Source of the DNA: Octopus vulgaris | Lineage: Eukaryota | NCBI GenBank assembly: GCA_951406725.2 | Contig: OX597828.1 | Location: 17,794,001-17,858,000 of the forward strand | Reading direction: 5' to 3' | DNA length: 64,000 bases | Shown: piece after piece, positions 41,508 through 55,416 of the stretch | Numbering within the stretch: position 1 is the first letter of the stretch | How the letters are laid out: each line of letters opens with the position of its first letter | The notes under the pieces: generated by a model | The model's database searches: none | Told to the model about the DNA's origin: nothing | What the model saw: the letters and a program-made list of their open reading frames with translations, nothing else | Position numbers and translations under genes: made by a program

Positions 41508-43134
41508 TATATAAGGTACGATCAAAGGATCCGAATGTAGGAAGTTTGCGTGCTTGAAGCGCTGAGTATCAAGTATAGAGAGCAAAAGGTGGACAGTATA
41601 CGATACGGAACATTAACCATTTATGAGCATCAAGTGTTACTTTTTCCCCTATCGAGATTGTGAGGAAATTCTTTAAGCTGTTAGTTTCAATATAGCTCAC
41701 GATTAGCAATCAGGGCTGCGACAAATGCGAATAAAAAAAGTCAAAATTGAGTGAGTAGAACAGGTACAATGTAGTTTACATGTGCTTCTTAGCTGGCTAA
41801 ATCTCTGATGTAATAGTTACGCAACGAGTAAGGCTCAACGTAGCTAAGCATCAGGATGAGATAATCCTAATTAAGTGAAGGTTACATATAATATGAATCA
41901 CATTTGTTTTAATTAGAAAGTCTACGGCAACATGTGGGACACACAGACAGACAGACAGACAAACACGCCCGCGTGTGTGTAAAACCAGTCAAATCTTGAA
42001 TGTATATTTTACACGACATTGAAAGCATTCACCTGAGATATAAATGGAAGAGCCCGACCTTCGGTTTCTCTTTCAACTTCTCAGCCATCGTATTCCTGGA
42101 CACCAGGTTTACGACATCTTCATAGTAATATGACAGTTTTTCCGCTCACATAAAGCTGTTGATGTACCTGTTTCAAAAATCATCACGTATATTTTTCCTG
42201 GGTAATTTGTCAGCCCCTTAGTCCCAAAAAGATAGCATTTATATTACTTTATGTCTAACGTAAGAAATTATCAAATTCCCATATGATTTCTATAGTAAGG
42301 TTTAACCCCTAAAATCTAAAGACTATTCAATTGTGTTGATTTTAACACAAAGCTGTAAAACAACGGGAAAAGAAAGGGGTGGCAGAAAAGTTACATATAC
42401 CCAAATAATTGCTTCGAATTTGACGATCCGTGTTCAAATGTAAGCTTCTCTAAAGAGTAGGCAGCCATTTGTGAGCTGTGAACGTAATTCGGATTGATTT
42501 AGAGTTCTTCCCCTTTATTTTCTGCCGTTTGAGTTCAAATCCTTTCGGGGTTAATTCGTTACTATAAAGCCGTTAATATATGCACCAGGCTGGTATTGGG
42601 ATCGATTTAATCGACTATATACATCCGCAAATCTTGTAGCATTGTGCCAATGTTAGTGATCAATATTGGAGACTATGTTCACTCAACTGTTTGTGATTGA
42701 TAGGTGTATCTTATTACTTTAATTAAAAATGAGATGCAATCTAGAATCACTGAAAATAGAAGCCAAGAGAAATATATTCGTATAACCGCTGAATGTAAAG
42801 CTGTTTTGATGTTTAGAGATGTTTGTCATATTGACATAACTATTTATAGATGTATCGATGTGTCTGAAGCTCAAGATTTCGTATTTGAAGTGGTATAATA
42901 TATTGTCGGAATGGTGTAATATATTCTTCTGCAACCTAATACTTGCTAATTAAATTAATAGTTACATGAAAACAACTAATTGTTTTTGAATATCTTCAAC
43001 AGAAACTATATTATCAGTTTAGTATTTGTTTGCGTTTTTGTTTTCATATAAATATCAAAATCTCATAATTAAAAGAGAAGGACATTAAAAGTAGGAAGAT
43101 CAACCATTTATAGATTTTTCGAAAGCACTAACGA

Positions 43135-43196
<62 letters not shown>

Positions 43197-43355
43197 ACTG
43201 TCTCTTTCTCCCTCTATCACTGTTTCTCTCTCCTTCTCTCTCTCCCTCTCCGTCATTATGTGTGTGCGTGTGTCTGTGTGTGTGTGTCATTTTGAGCATA
43301 TGCATTCTTCAACACTCATCTCGCTGAACATATAAGCTATCTCTCTCCCTCCCTT

Positions 43356-43394
<39 letters not shown>

Positions 43395-45329
43395 AGAGAA
43401 CGATATAACTGGCCAATGAATGGTTGAATGCAAAAGAACCATGTAAACGATGCTTGTTTCAAGAGGATTTCGAAACCGGTAAGCGGAACTTGTATGACGA
43501 AAACTTAAAAGAATTTGGATGAAAAAGAAAGAAGAAAATGTCATTCCAGATGCATAGATCATACATGTCCACAGTAATATGATGACAGCGCTGGTTTTCT
43601 ATGAATCAAACGTATAGTGTTGCATGCAGCATCGAATTTCCACTCGTGTCTACTTTATTGCCTATAAGTAAGTAAATAAACGGGAAATTCGTAAAGGCAC
43701 GTATTTTTTAAAGTCTTTCTTTCAACATAATGCGTTTTTATTTTCTCTTCAAGTGAACGCTATGTTATCTATAAACACCAAACGTCATTTTCATAAGAAA
43801 ATATAGTATTTTTTCATAAGTATTGAGTTGTACGATAATAATATATTGACGAGATAACAATGAGACTAATGAAGCCCGATTCGTATGAAATCCTATACAT
43901 TATTGCTGATAAAATAAATGTAAAAGAAAAAAAGGAGGGGTTCTGTAAAGGCATTTTCAGAAAAATACTATTGAATATGAAACATTTTCAGTGAAAGGGG
44001 GATTGTGTACGTTCAAAAATATATGAATGGCCGCCAACAATACAGTAAATGATGACAGCGCTCAAATAGGGAAATTAACATCGAGAATGATTTTTACATT
44101 CTTTGTTCATAGTACAAAAATGTTGCACTCTATCGTTGATTTACAAGAAATATTATATTAAATATTTCAGACCTGTATGGAACCAGTGTAACGTAACACA
44201 AACGTTGAGTTGTTTGTTAAACAGGGTTTCAATTCAGGCTTAAATATCAGTTTCATTTCGTTTACCTTTCTATGAGTGTAGCTAATGGCTAATATAATAT
44301 TTTGGTTTATACAATCTATTATCAGGTTGCTATCTCTACTTGAATACAGTGTCATTTATTCTACGTAGCTATTTAGGTTCCATAAAGGCGGCGACCTGGC
44401 AGAATCACTAGCATGCCGGACAAAATGTATGTTGCCAGTCTTTAATTTCTGAGTTCAAATCCACCAAGGTCAATTTTGTCTTTTATCCCTTCAGCATCGA
44501 TAAAAGAAGTCGTAACTGAGCATTTGGGTAAATGTAATCGTTTTAACCACTCACAGAAAGCGCAGAACTTATGCCATAACTTGAAACCAATATTTGGGTT
44601 TACCAGGTTGTGATTTCGATATGAATACGCTTTTAGTTTATCTACTTAGCTATGTGGGATCCATGAAGGCATGAGTGGCAGAACTGTTATCACGTTGGGC
44701 CAAAAGCTTAGCGGAATTTCTTTCATACTTTGGAATCGATAAAGAAAAAAGACGATTGCATCAACCCCTGCATCAAATACACGTGTCAATATAAGTGATT
44801 TGCCACCCTCAGCCTCCCACCAAACACACACAAATTGCCGGATTCTAATTCTGCGATGGACCCCTGTTCCGTTCAAAGGAAATGTTAGAATCTCAGTCAA
44901 TTATATATGTACCACGGAATCCCAATGATCGGGATCGTGTCGCCTAGGACGCAAGATTTTTTTTATAAAAATGGAATTCTATAAAGACAAAAAGAACGAG
45001 ATATGCCATACAGAATCATCACTTTTATATATGAAATATGTTAATGCGCTGAGATGTATTTTTAAAAAAATCAATGAGAAAATCATAATCATTACGTTTT
45101 CTTTATTCTGTGTAACTTGTCAAGAAAGAAACTATTTACTGTAAGTAATAATTATCTTCGATTAAACTGTCATTTTCTTTGGAATATTATCGGTGTTTAG
45201 ATTTTTTCCATGGTTTGGTCTCTAGGAAGATGCTATAGTAATGGCTTTTGTTTGATAGGCCTTCGTAAAGACCTTCACATGGTTTTTATTGCGAAATAGA
45301 CCATAATTCTTTTTATCTACATTGGTTTG

Positions 45330-45535
45330 AAGTTTTGACACAAGGCCAGTAATTTTAGGGAGGGGCTAAATCCATTACATCGACCCCACTGATCAACTGG
45401 TACTCATTTTGTCGACACCGAAGGGATGGAAGGCAAGGTCGACTTCGGCAGAATTTGACCTCAGAACGTAAGGACAGACGAAATGCCGCTAAGCATTTCG
45501 GCCGACGCGCTAACGATTTTGCCAGCTCGCCGCCT
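45330..45535 (-). mobile_element. SINE family B (older tail type)
   Basis: Head ggcggcgagctggcaaaatcgttagc on the minus strand. Confidence 0.85.
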
Positions 45536-45557
45536 TCATAACAACAACAACAGCAAT

Positions 45558-46292
45558 AGGGGATAGAATTGCCAAACGGAGAGAGAATGGAAGAGCCGGA
45601 TGATGATGTGTACAAGTACCTTGGGATCCTGGAGATTGACAATATCTTGCATAAAAAATGAAAGCCAAGGTCATCATGGCATATTTCAAACGCCTTAAAC
45701 TTCTCTTGAAATCAAAACTCATCCCAAGGAACTTTTTGACTGCCATCAATATATGGGCGATTGCTATAGTCTGCTACAGTGCACCCATTCTGAAATGGAC
45801 ACAAGTGGAGATTAACCAACTCGATCGAACTACCCGAAAAGACAATGACAATGTATGGAGTCCTCCACCCTAAGGCGAATGTATACAGGCTCTACATGAA
45901 GAGCGGTGAAGGTGGACGTGGGATGATTAGCGTACGGGAGTGCATCAACAGTGAAAGAAGAAACATGGCAGAATATTTGGTAAACAGCAAACAAGACCTG
46001 CTACAATATGCTGCTAATGCAGAAGAATTTAACAAAAATGGACTTGAGAGTGCTCATGAATTCCAAGGACAGCCAACGAGAGAGAAGAAATCCTATTCCG
46101 CATGGAATTACATGATCAGTTCAACCGTGAAACCAATAAATAGAAAGATCAGGAATCATCAAGGAGGTGGATTAACAAGGGTGACCTAAAAAAATACTGA
46201 AAACCTAAACATTCCTGCCCAAATCAGGCATTTTATACCAACTCAGTGAAAAAGTGTATATACCACACAAGTGCAACGGATCTCTGTAGAAC
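45558..46292 (+). mobile_element. R4/Dong-clade non-LTR retrotransposon fragment (RT thumb toward zinc finger), frameshifted
   Basis: YKYLGILE, LLKSKL..N...AINIWA, LDRTTRK, LHPKANVYRLY..GEGGRGMIS. Confidence 0.8.
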
Positions 46293-46554
46293 GTAAGTTC
46301 AAATTCCGCCGAGGTCGACTTTGCCTTTCATCCTTTCGGGGTCGATTAAATAAGTACCAGTTACACACTGGGGTCGATATAATCGACTTAATCCGTTTGT
46401 CTGTCCTTGTTTTTCCTCTCTGCGTTTAGCCTCTTGTGGGCAGTAAAGAAATATGATATAGATGCAGACGCTGTGGATACTGGATTTTTCAAATCATCTC
46501 TTATGCTGTCGATTCAAAATATTTGTTACAAATTATTGTTTGATTATTAAATAG

Positions 46555-46765
46555 TGATTATGTGATGGCAGTAAAGTAGCAGCCTGTGAAGAAATGAGAA
46601 ACAGGGCACCCTGAAACCATACGGTGAAGGACCAATGACAAGGAAAGGAAAAAAGAAGGGTGGAGAAGCTGTAATGCGACTAGAACAGTGGAAGAAAACA
46701 GAGCTGGATTGAAAGATCCTGTTGCGGCCTTATGTGATTCATGGCGCTGAAAGAACTAACTAAAG
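46555..46765 (+). mobile_element. Degraded RTE-clade 3' end (partial duplicate at ~50167-50332)
   Basis: Broken translation GHPETIR.RT.DKERKKEGWRS...NRAG...VAALC followed by a (CTAA) tail. Confidence 0.5.
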
Positions 46766-47158
46766 CAAGTGCTACTCCTTCTCAGCTCTATGTATCACAT
46801 GCTAGGGAATACCCAGAAACCATTTCGCAAGCGGAGAGCAATTAATTTTCCGGCGTGACAGGCGCTGCGAATAATACAGCTACTAGAAACCACAGGTAAG
46901 AGCTGCAAGCAAATGGAGATCAAAGATGAATAAATTATTCTCAACGAAAACTCGTCAGGAGCTTCCACCAGACATGTTACCTTTCTTTGAAACCTTCCAC
47001 AAGATACAGTTAACTAAACAACGAAAATTGTATCATACTGACTGAAAATCACATTGATAATAGTCAACCAATAATTACTTGATAATCCATTGTCTGCCAC
47101 CTGCAGTGTTTTGTCGCTTAATTTTCACAGATATTTTGTTCACCTATATGCGTATAGG

Positions 47159-47430
47159 TGTGGAGGCACATGGCCTAGTGGTTAGAGCAGCGGACTCGCG
47201 GTCGAGGGATCGCGGGTTCGAATCTCAGATCGGACGATGTGTGTGTTTATGAGCGAAACACCTAAGAGGTGACTCTTTCGCCACAACTTTCTCTCACTCT
47301 TTCCTCCTGCATCTAGCAGCTCACCTGCGATGGACCGGCGTCCCGTCCAAGTGGGGAACCTATACGCCAAGGAAACCAGGAAACCGGGCCTTATGATCCA
47401 GGCATGGTTCGAGAAAGAACAAACAACAAC
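47159..47430 (+). mobile_element. tRNA-derived SINE family C
   Basis: A box tggcctagtgg, B box ggttcgaatc, (AAC)n tail; homologues at 51347-51610, 19411-19660 and 6455-6560. Confidence 0.9.
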
Positions 47431-47708
47431 ATATATATACGTATAGGTATGATTTTGGTGGTGGGTTTTACTGCAATAAAAAAAGGTGTACAAATACATG
47501 AAGAGAGTAAAATTCTGTTACCTTCTACGGATGTTAAATTCCGAAAGGAGCAGTGAAGATAACGAACAGATATTTAGTTTCAACACATACGAGAGCGCAG
47601 GCATACACATATACACACATTGAAATAACAACGGTTGTAGAATCATTTCGACACAATTTGCATTAGATATTGGTTGGGGTTTATAACAGCCATTCCACAG
47701 CATATAAT

Positions 47709-47809
<101 letters not shown>

Positions 47810-47838
47810 TAAATATATGCATATATATATATACATAC

Positions 47839-47893
<55 letters not shown>

Positions 47894-48427
47894 AACACAC
47901 ATCCAAAGATAGATAGATAGATAAAGGAGTGAATTTCTAACCCAACTAATTTTGGGGCTGATGGAAAAAAACATTTGCGTTTATGAATATGTACATATAC
48001 GTGTGTATTAATGTGTGCGCGAAAAACATCAATTAATGTCCGGATAACAATATACATACATATATATATATATATGTGTGTGTGCGTGTGTGTGTGTGTG
48101 TGTGTGTATTTCAATATGTAACCCTTGATTTGATTTCTTGTATCCGATCATTTATATTTTATTATATGGCCCTGGATTCAATGCAATTCTGTTTAATATA
48201 TTCAAATATATTATACATAATCTCAATTATTATCTCAGAAATCGAAGGCAAGCAATAGAAATCTCATTAGAAACTGGATAATGGGACACGCGATTAAACG
48301 CAGATTAAACTTCATTGATATTGTATCGGTGTTGTGAAACATAATTATCGATATGGTCACTGTAATTATTGTCCAATCCGGAATAGCTAAATATGATATT
48401 CCACCTGCTGCCGCAGTAGCTGTGATG

Positions 48428-48592
48428 GTAGTGGTGGTGGATTCGGCGGCGGCAGTGGAGGTGGTGGTGGTGGTGGTGGTGGTGGTGACGGGGGTGTTGG
48501 TGGTGGTGGTGGTGGTGGTGGTGGTGGTGGTGGTGGTGGTGGTGGTGGTGTTCCTGGTGGTGCTGGTGGTGCTGGTGGTGCTGGTGGTTGGG
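48428..48592. repeat. (GGT)n microsatellite
   Basis: Directly visible. Confidence 0.95.
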
Positions 48593-49789
48593 ATGAGGTT
48601 GAGAATGGTAATGCGAGATGCCTCTCCGCCCTTGGTGAATCGAATGTAGGGTTCAACGTTGAAAACCAGTCTCTATAAAGCACCCTTCATCAACTTCTTA
48701 ACGAGGATCAAATTGCGAAGCAGACCGATATACATTGTGAACTTAGACAGTGAGACTAATTTCCAAAGATTTCCCACGTTGCCTCACTCCACATCATATG
48801 GAATTGGTGGTGTTTTGAACAACAATTTCTAGAACATCAGCTTATTCACGATACTTCTCCTTCCATGGGTCTCTCAGTAATCAAGTTTCGCTTCAACTGC
48901 TGCATTCTAAGAAGCAACTGTTCTAAGGACCACCCCCTATCCGGTAGAATACTAATAAACTGCTACCAAATACTTTAAATATTACGTAGTATATACTATA
49001 GAATGCTCAAAGTATAACGATTTTAGACAAGAAGCAGTATTCGCCTATTACATGAATGCAATACATGAATAGAGCAACTTTGTCTCTTAAAAGGTATCTC
49101 GATGGTTACTTTTATGAAAGATTTTGCTTGTTCTGCGTAGAAGACGTAGCAATGTTTACGAGATTAAGAAAGGATAAAAGCCTAAATATTGAAAACTGAA
49201 TATCCAAATCTCAATAGACAAAGAAAATAAAAAGCATACACATATACATGCGTGTGTATGCTTTGTGCGTGCATGTGTGTGTGTGTGTATGTGTGTGTGT
49301 GTGTGTGTGTGTGAATGAGTGAGTATGTACGTTCGCTTGGGTGCTTGCGAATGAGTTTGCGCGCGCATTTGTGTATGTGAGCTCGCGTAGGTCTTTGCAT
49401 GTGTGTGTGTGTGTGTGTGAGTGTGTGTGTGTGTACGTGTTTAAAAAGATTGGTCTTTTCCCCTTTCAGTTACAGAAATGGAAGGTCAAAAGTTCAGCCC
49501 ATTTGTCTATCAAAGGTTAATACATACGTATTACCTTTCCCATAAAGGCTTCGATAGAAACCATATTATTGTTTCAATATACTTATTAAGTATCTGCCAA
49601 CACAGATTAACAATTGCGAATTGCTGTGGCCTTCTGGATTTTCAGACACGAATTACCTTGGATTATCTTTTACAGTGTATCCACTCTTACAGTTCTTGTT
49701 ATGCTTTTCCTACATATATCATAACGGCTTATGTATTATTATTTTATTCTTTCATTCATTTGCTTGTTTTAGTCATTTGACTGCAGCTA

Positions 49790-50035
49790 TGTCTGTCCTT
49801 GTTTGTCTTCTCCGTGTTTAGCCCCTTGTGGGCAGTAAAGAAATAGGAAATAGGTATTTCGTCTGCCGTTACGTTCTGAGTTAAAATTCCGCCGAGGTCG
49901 ACTTTGCCTTTCATCCTTTCGGGGTCGATTAAATAAGTACCAGTTACATACTGGTGTCGATATAATCGACTTAATCCGTTTGTCTGTCCTTGTTTTTTCT
50001 CTCTGCGTTTAGCCTCTTGTGGGCAGTAAAGAAAT
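49790..50035 (+). mobile_element. SINE family B tail plus a 5'-clipped family B copy
   Basis: Tail gtttagccccttgtgggcagtaaagaaata followed by ggtatttcgtctgccgttacg. Confidence 0.85.
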
Positions 50036-50453
50036 ATGATATAGATGCAGACGCTGTGGATACTGGATTTTTCCAATCATCTCTTATGCTGCCGATTCAA
50101 AATATTTGTTACAAATTATTGTTTGATTTTTAAATCAAATGCTTATACTCAGACAAGATCGAGAGAGTGATTATGTGATGGCAGTAAAGTAGCAGCCTGT
50201 GAAGAAATGAGAAACAGGGCACCCTGAAACCATACGGTGAAGGACCAATGACATGGAAAGGAAAAAAGAAGGGTGGAGAAGCTGAAATTTCGACTAGAAC
50301 GGTGGCAGAAAACAGAGCTGGATTGAAAGATCATATTGCCTTTAGTCGAACAAATCGCCCCCACCACATTTTTTTCTCTAGATTCAGGTCAGAGCTGCGG
50401 CCATGCTGATGCACCGCCGTTTACATATATATATATGTATATATGTATATATG

Positions 50454-50544
<91 letters not shown>

Positions 50545-50636
50545 AGAGGAGAGCTTACGAATAAAACAAAAGACGAAGACAGGTCGTGTTCTAAACAAAC
50601 AGATGTGTTAGTATAACGCTCAGGAATAGAAAAAGT

Positions 50637-50672
50637 CTTTTACGTTTCGAGCCTACGCTCTTCTACAGAAAG
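50637..50672 (-). ncRNA. Hammerhead-like motif with variant core (CUGUAGA)
   Basis: CTTT-CTGTAGA-A-GAGC GTAG GCTC-GAAA-CG-TA-AAAG; stems I and II perfect, ACGT palindrome in place of stem III. Confidence 0.45.
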
Positions 50673-51119
50673 GGCCACAGAAAAAAAACAAGTAGAGAAA
50701 GAAGGAGAGAAAAATGTGTGTAGTGGCTAACGATCTATCAAATAAATATACGACAGGCTTCTTCTAGTTTTCCATCTACCAAATCCACTCACAAGGCTTT
50801 GCTCGGCGCGAGACTATAGTAGAAGGCACTTGCACAAGGTGCCACGCAGCAAGGCTGAACCCGGAACAACGTCGTTGGTAAGCAAGATACTTACCACATA
50901 GCCACTATTGCGCCTATTGTCCACATTTATTTCTCAGTTTAAAAACGTTTACTTCAAGATTCTAAATTTTCCTTAAACCAAAATATTGAACAAACATATT
51001 CATTACCCATTATCCATCATGAAGTTACTTTTATCGGTATCCAACTACATTTTGCACTGGCTTTTCCTGAGAGGATCCCGTAGTGGAACCGTCATTAAAT
51101 CACGCACTACTTCAAAGAG

Positions 51120-51293
51120 CGAGAACTAATTATCTACTCGCAATACCAGAGGGCACACTCTCTTACCCTGATGTAATCTCCAGGGATACAGGCATCCAGC
51201 AACAGGACCTCCGTAATGCTATGATGAACCGTGAAGTCTGGCGTAACATAGTAAATTCCATTGTCTCGACCACGGTCGAACAATGATGATGAT
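51120..51293 (+). mobile_element. RTE-clade LINE 3' terminal fragment with (TGA)n tail
   Basis: TLSYPDVISRDTG...DLRNAMMNREVWRNIV then stop and tgatgatgat. Confidence 0.7.
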
Positions 51294-51346
51294 CTATAGA
51301 TGAAACCGAGGCATATCTATTTATTAATTTACTATTCCTACACTAT

Positions 51347-51610
51347 GTGGAGGTGCAATGGCTCAGTGGTTAGGGCAGCGGACGCGCGATCGGAGGATCG
51401 CGGTCTCGTTTCCCAGACCGAGCGTTGTGTGTATTTATTGAGAGAAAACACCTAAAGCTCTACGAGGCTCCGGCAGCGGGTGGCAGCGACCTCTGCTGTA
51501 CTCTTTCGCCCCAACTTTCTCTCACTCTTTCTTCCTGTTTCTGGGAGGAACACATACGGCACAGAAACTGGGAAACGGTGCCCATGAGCCCGGCTAGGCT
51601 TGAAAAGAGC
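51347..51610 (+). mobile_element. SINE family C, older copy
   Basis: Homology to 47159-47430. Confidence 0.8.
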
Positions 51611-51684
51611 GCATAAATAGACATATAAAATTCCTAAACTTAAACGACAATACATCGCACGGACTTGAAGTGATTGCTTACATT

Positions 51685-52137
51685 CTACATGTTTGCTTGC
51701 TTCAGTCATTAACATGTAGTCATGCTAGTGCACCGCCTTGAAGAAATTTTAGTTGAATAGAGAGGACCCAACATTTAATTTTGGTTTTTATTCATAAGTC
51801 TGGCACTTACACTATAATCTCTTTTTACGAACCGTAAGGTTACGGGATAAAATACACCAACACCGTTCGTGAGCCGGTGGTTGAGGACAAATATAGGCAC
51901 AAATGCACACATACATGTATATGTATGTATGTATGTATGTATTTACGTATGTATGTATGCATGCATACGACGAGCTTCTTTCAGTTTCCATCTATCATAT
52001 CCACTCACAAAGCTTCGCTTGGCCCGAGGCTATAGTAGAAGACAGAAGCCCACGGTGTCATCAAGTGGGACTGAACGCAGAAAACGGAACCATGTGGTGC
52101 GAAGCAAACTACTTAATACACAGCCACGCCTGTGCCT
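51685..52137 (-). mobile_element. SINE family A, older copy
   Basis: Family A blocks with internal (ATGT)n. Confidence 0.75.
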
Positions 52138-52300
52138 AATATAAGAAGATATAATCCGTTGCTTTTAGACAGAGTTATTCATAAGGAATTATCCCTAAGC
52201 AAATTAACTAACCTTTGTATTACTCCTCATTTCTGTAATCGTCCTTTGGAAGACGCCATGTGATATTGGTGGTGAAATTTGAACAGAAAATATAGAAAAA

Positions 52301-52439
52301 TAGCGGTTCGGCAAAAGAGACCGATAGAATAAGTACTGGGCTTACAAAGAATAAGTCCCGGGGTCGATTTGCTCGACTAAAGGTGGTGCTCCAGCATGGC
52401 CGCAGTCAAATGACTGAAACAAGTAAAAGAGTAAAAGAG
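52301..52439 (+). mobile_element. SINE family A, 5'-truncated young copy
   Basis: Near-consensus 3' half with (GAGTAAAA) tail. Confidence 0.88.
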
Positions 52440-52629
52440 ATCTGTGATATTAAGTCTCATTTAATTTTTTCTTACATAGTTTTTTTCTCATTTTAGCAAA
52501 TAATTGGAACGCATCAGACAACGTCGACAAAATGTTCTTGTGTGTAAAACCAAACAACGCAAAGCATTTGGTTAAAATATAAAGCCAGGTGGGGTGAGTA
52601 GGGTCCTGTCGCCACCGTCATATCTCCCA

Positions 52630-52693
<64 letters not shown>

Positions 52694-52778
52694 TAGATAG
52701 ATAGATAGATAGGTAGATGGATAGACAGATAGATAGACTAGTACATACTAATATAAATTAATACACACACACGCGTGC

Positions 52779-52823
<45 letters not shown>

Positions 52824-53245
52824 CATATATATACACACATGTGCATGTGTGTATAAATTCTTTTTCCTATGCGTAAAATCTAATTCCCAAAGAAGCAATA
52901 TATATTTTTTTTCGCATCTCTGCGACTCATAGTACAGATTCAGAACCAGAAAAATGAAACTATATACGTGAACCGAAAGGCAAATGACGTTTATATTATA
53001 GTAATGAAGGAAATGCCAATGGGGTCGCCGTAAAAAAAAATAAAAAAACAAAAAACATAAAAAAAACGATACAAAAGATAGAACAAAATTGTATGGAAAA
53101 TGGAATATGATCACTTCCGGTGTTCAAGTTAATATATTAAACGCTCTCTACAAAGCAGAGAAACCTTAATGTTTAAAAATACAACTGTGCGTAATATATA
53201 TATATATAATATATATATATACATATATTTATATATTATTTATAT

Positions 53246-53304
<59 letters not shown>

Positions 53305-53895
53305 TTATATGTGTGTGTATGTATATGAATTTAGAATTTTATTTGTTGTTTTTTTTCTGTACAAAAATGTTTTAAAGGCCCGAAGTTTTAAGTTTCAAAC
53401 TGATAAATCCAAGATTATTTTTCTTTCCTTGTTTTGTTTCGTCTTTATTTCGTTCTTTCATTTTATATTCCTTTGATTCTTTTTGTTTGTTTCGTAAAAA
53501 AAAAAAGAATACTGGGTACAGATATGGAACTCGAACGTTTCTATCTAAATGTCAATAGGTCAAATACTGCAACGAATTTAATCCGCCAAAAAATAAAGCT
53601 ATGAGGGCAAAGCCCCAGCATGGCCGCAGTCTAATGACTGAAGCAATTAAAACCATAAACATGCAGATACATCGCTGAGATTTTAGTCACTGATAGTCTA
53701 GGACCTCTTATAAACGTCATTAATTTACGAGGTTTCGCGAAAGATCTTGTTGAAGGCCCAGCCTTCCAAGTTCTTTTACACCGCTGAAAAGAACTGAGAC
53801 AGGAATATGTTGATTAAAATCCTAATTAACTGATCTTCCTGTATTTTTTTTCACCCCAAATCAGGAACCTTTCAGCCGCCCCCTTCGTATATACA

Positions 53896-53927
<32 letters not shown>

Positions 53928-54844
53928 TACAGACACACACACAAACGCACACACAAAAACACACGCACATATACATATATGTCAAGCCTAATTGTGTTTA
54001 CATCACTCTCCTGCTTCGCTCTCTTTCTCCTCCTCTCACTCTCTGTCTGTCTATCTTTCTTTCTCCCCCCTTCCCCCCCTCTCTCTCTCACTCTCAGAGC
54101 TGAAAGACAGCTGTAATATGCGTGTTAATCAGGGACGGGAATATGTTAAATGAAATCATAATTAACTTATCTTCCTGTATTTTTTTTTACCCAAACCCCA
54201 GGAAACTTTCAGCACCCCTTCGTAAATTAAATATTTATTTAATTTAATGTATATTAACCAAGTTGATCACCCTTCGTTCGAAAAACTCAGTCATCCGAAA
54301 AGGCCATTGAAACAAAATTTCCGGAAACTCGATCACGTCTTCGTAATATTAAACTGAAAGAAACTAGGGGCAGACTGAGGAAATCGAGATTATATGAATC
54401 TTTAAAAGCAAAAATAGGGCTCACAAGGAAACAGGCCATCTTACCTACACTACGTTGCCTCAAAAAAAAAAAAAATATTAGTAATTCCTTTAAGAAAGTT
54501 GAAATATAATGTTGCGTCTCTTTTATATTTTACTTGTTTCAGTCATTATACCGTGGCCATGCAGCAGCACCGCCTTGAAGAATTTCAGTTGAACGAATTA
54601 AATACAATACTTATGTTTTGAAAGCATGGTGCTTATTCCATTGTCACTTTTTCTGAGCTGGTAAGTTAGGGGAATGAACCCACACAAATACCGGTTGTCA
54701 AGCGGTTCTGGAGCACAAACACAGACAAATATACACACACACACTAGGTTTATCTATCTATCTATCCTTCTATCTATTTCTCTATCTATCAATCTATGAA
54801 AAATTTAAAACAGAGAGTTACTTACTTGCAAATAAATGTCAACA

Positions 54845-55072
54845 TGTGACATTATTGACCGAGTTTACAGTGGACTTTTCCGTAGGCTTTTCTTTCCACG
54901 GATAAACCTTATCTGTTTCCCCCCTTAGACTTTACATAATGACATTTCTGTGATACACGATCCCCTATTGATCGTGTTTTTTTTAAACGATCCCTTTTGA
55001 TCGAAAACCTACCCCTCTTTTTACTTTTTCTTCTTTTTTTTCCTTTTTCCTCCCCAAAAAGAAAAGCTCTAC
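54845..55072 (+). mobile_element. Tx1/L1-type 3' UTR fragment
   Basis: Homologous to 17845-18050 (ttttccgtagg, gacatttctgtgatacac, aagaaaagctctac). Confidence 0.7.
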
Positions 55073-55416
55073 TCGAAAGAATAAATGACAAAATTGACTT
55101 CGGCAGAAATATGAAATCACATCGTAGAAAGTGATGAAATGTCACTAAGCATTTTGCCCGGCGTGTTAACGTTTCTACTAGCTCGCCACCTCAAGCAAAG
55201 TGCACCGCGACAATATATGACTTGAGGACGAGAAGAAATATTGCGTAATATTTTTTTCCTGTGCTCTAACAATTCAACCATCTCATTTCTTCGGTACTGA
55301 AAGGGATTTACATTTGTCAAAGAAAAGGATAGCCACGTGACTGAAACCGAGACCACGTGATTACAAAGGGATCTTCTTAGCTACACAGTCATGTATTAAG
55401 CACAAACTATAAATAT

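Noticed and set aside
43579-43700. C/D box snoRNA (ATGATGA C box)
   Set aside because: No D box (CTGA) or terminal stem at a suitable distance for either motif copy
46786-46901. Candidate plus-strand exon (ctcag ... cag/gtaaga)
   Set aside because: Stops in all three frames; no other support
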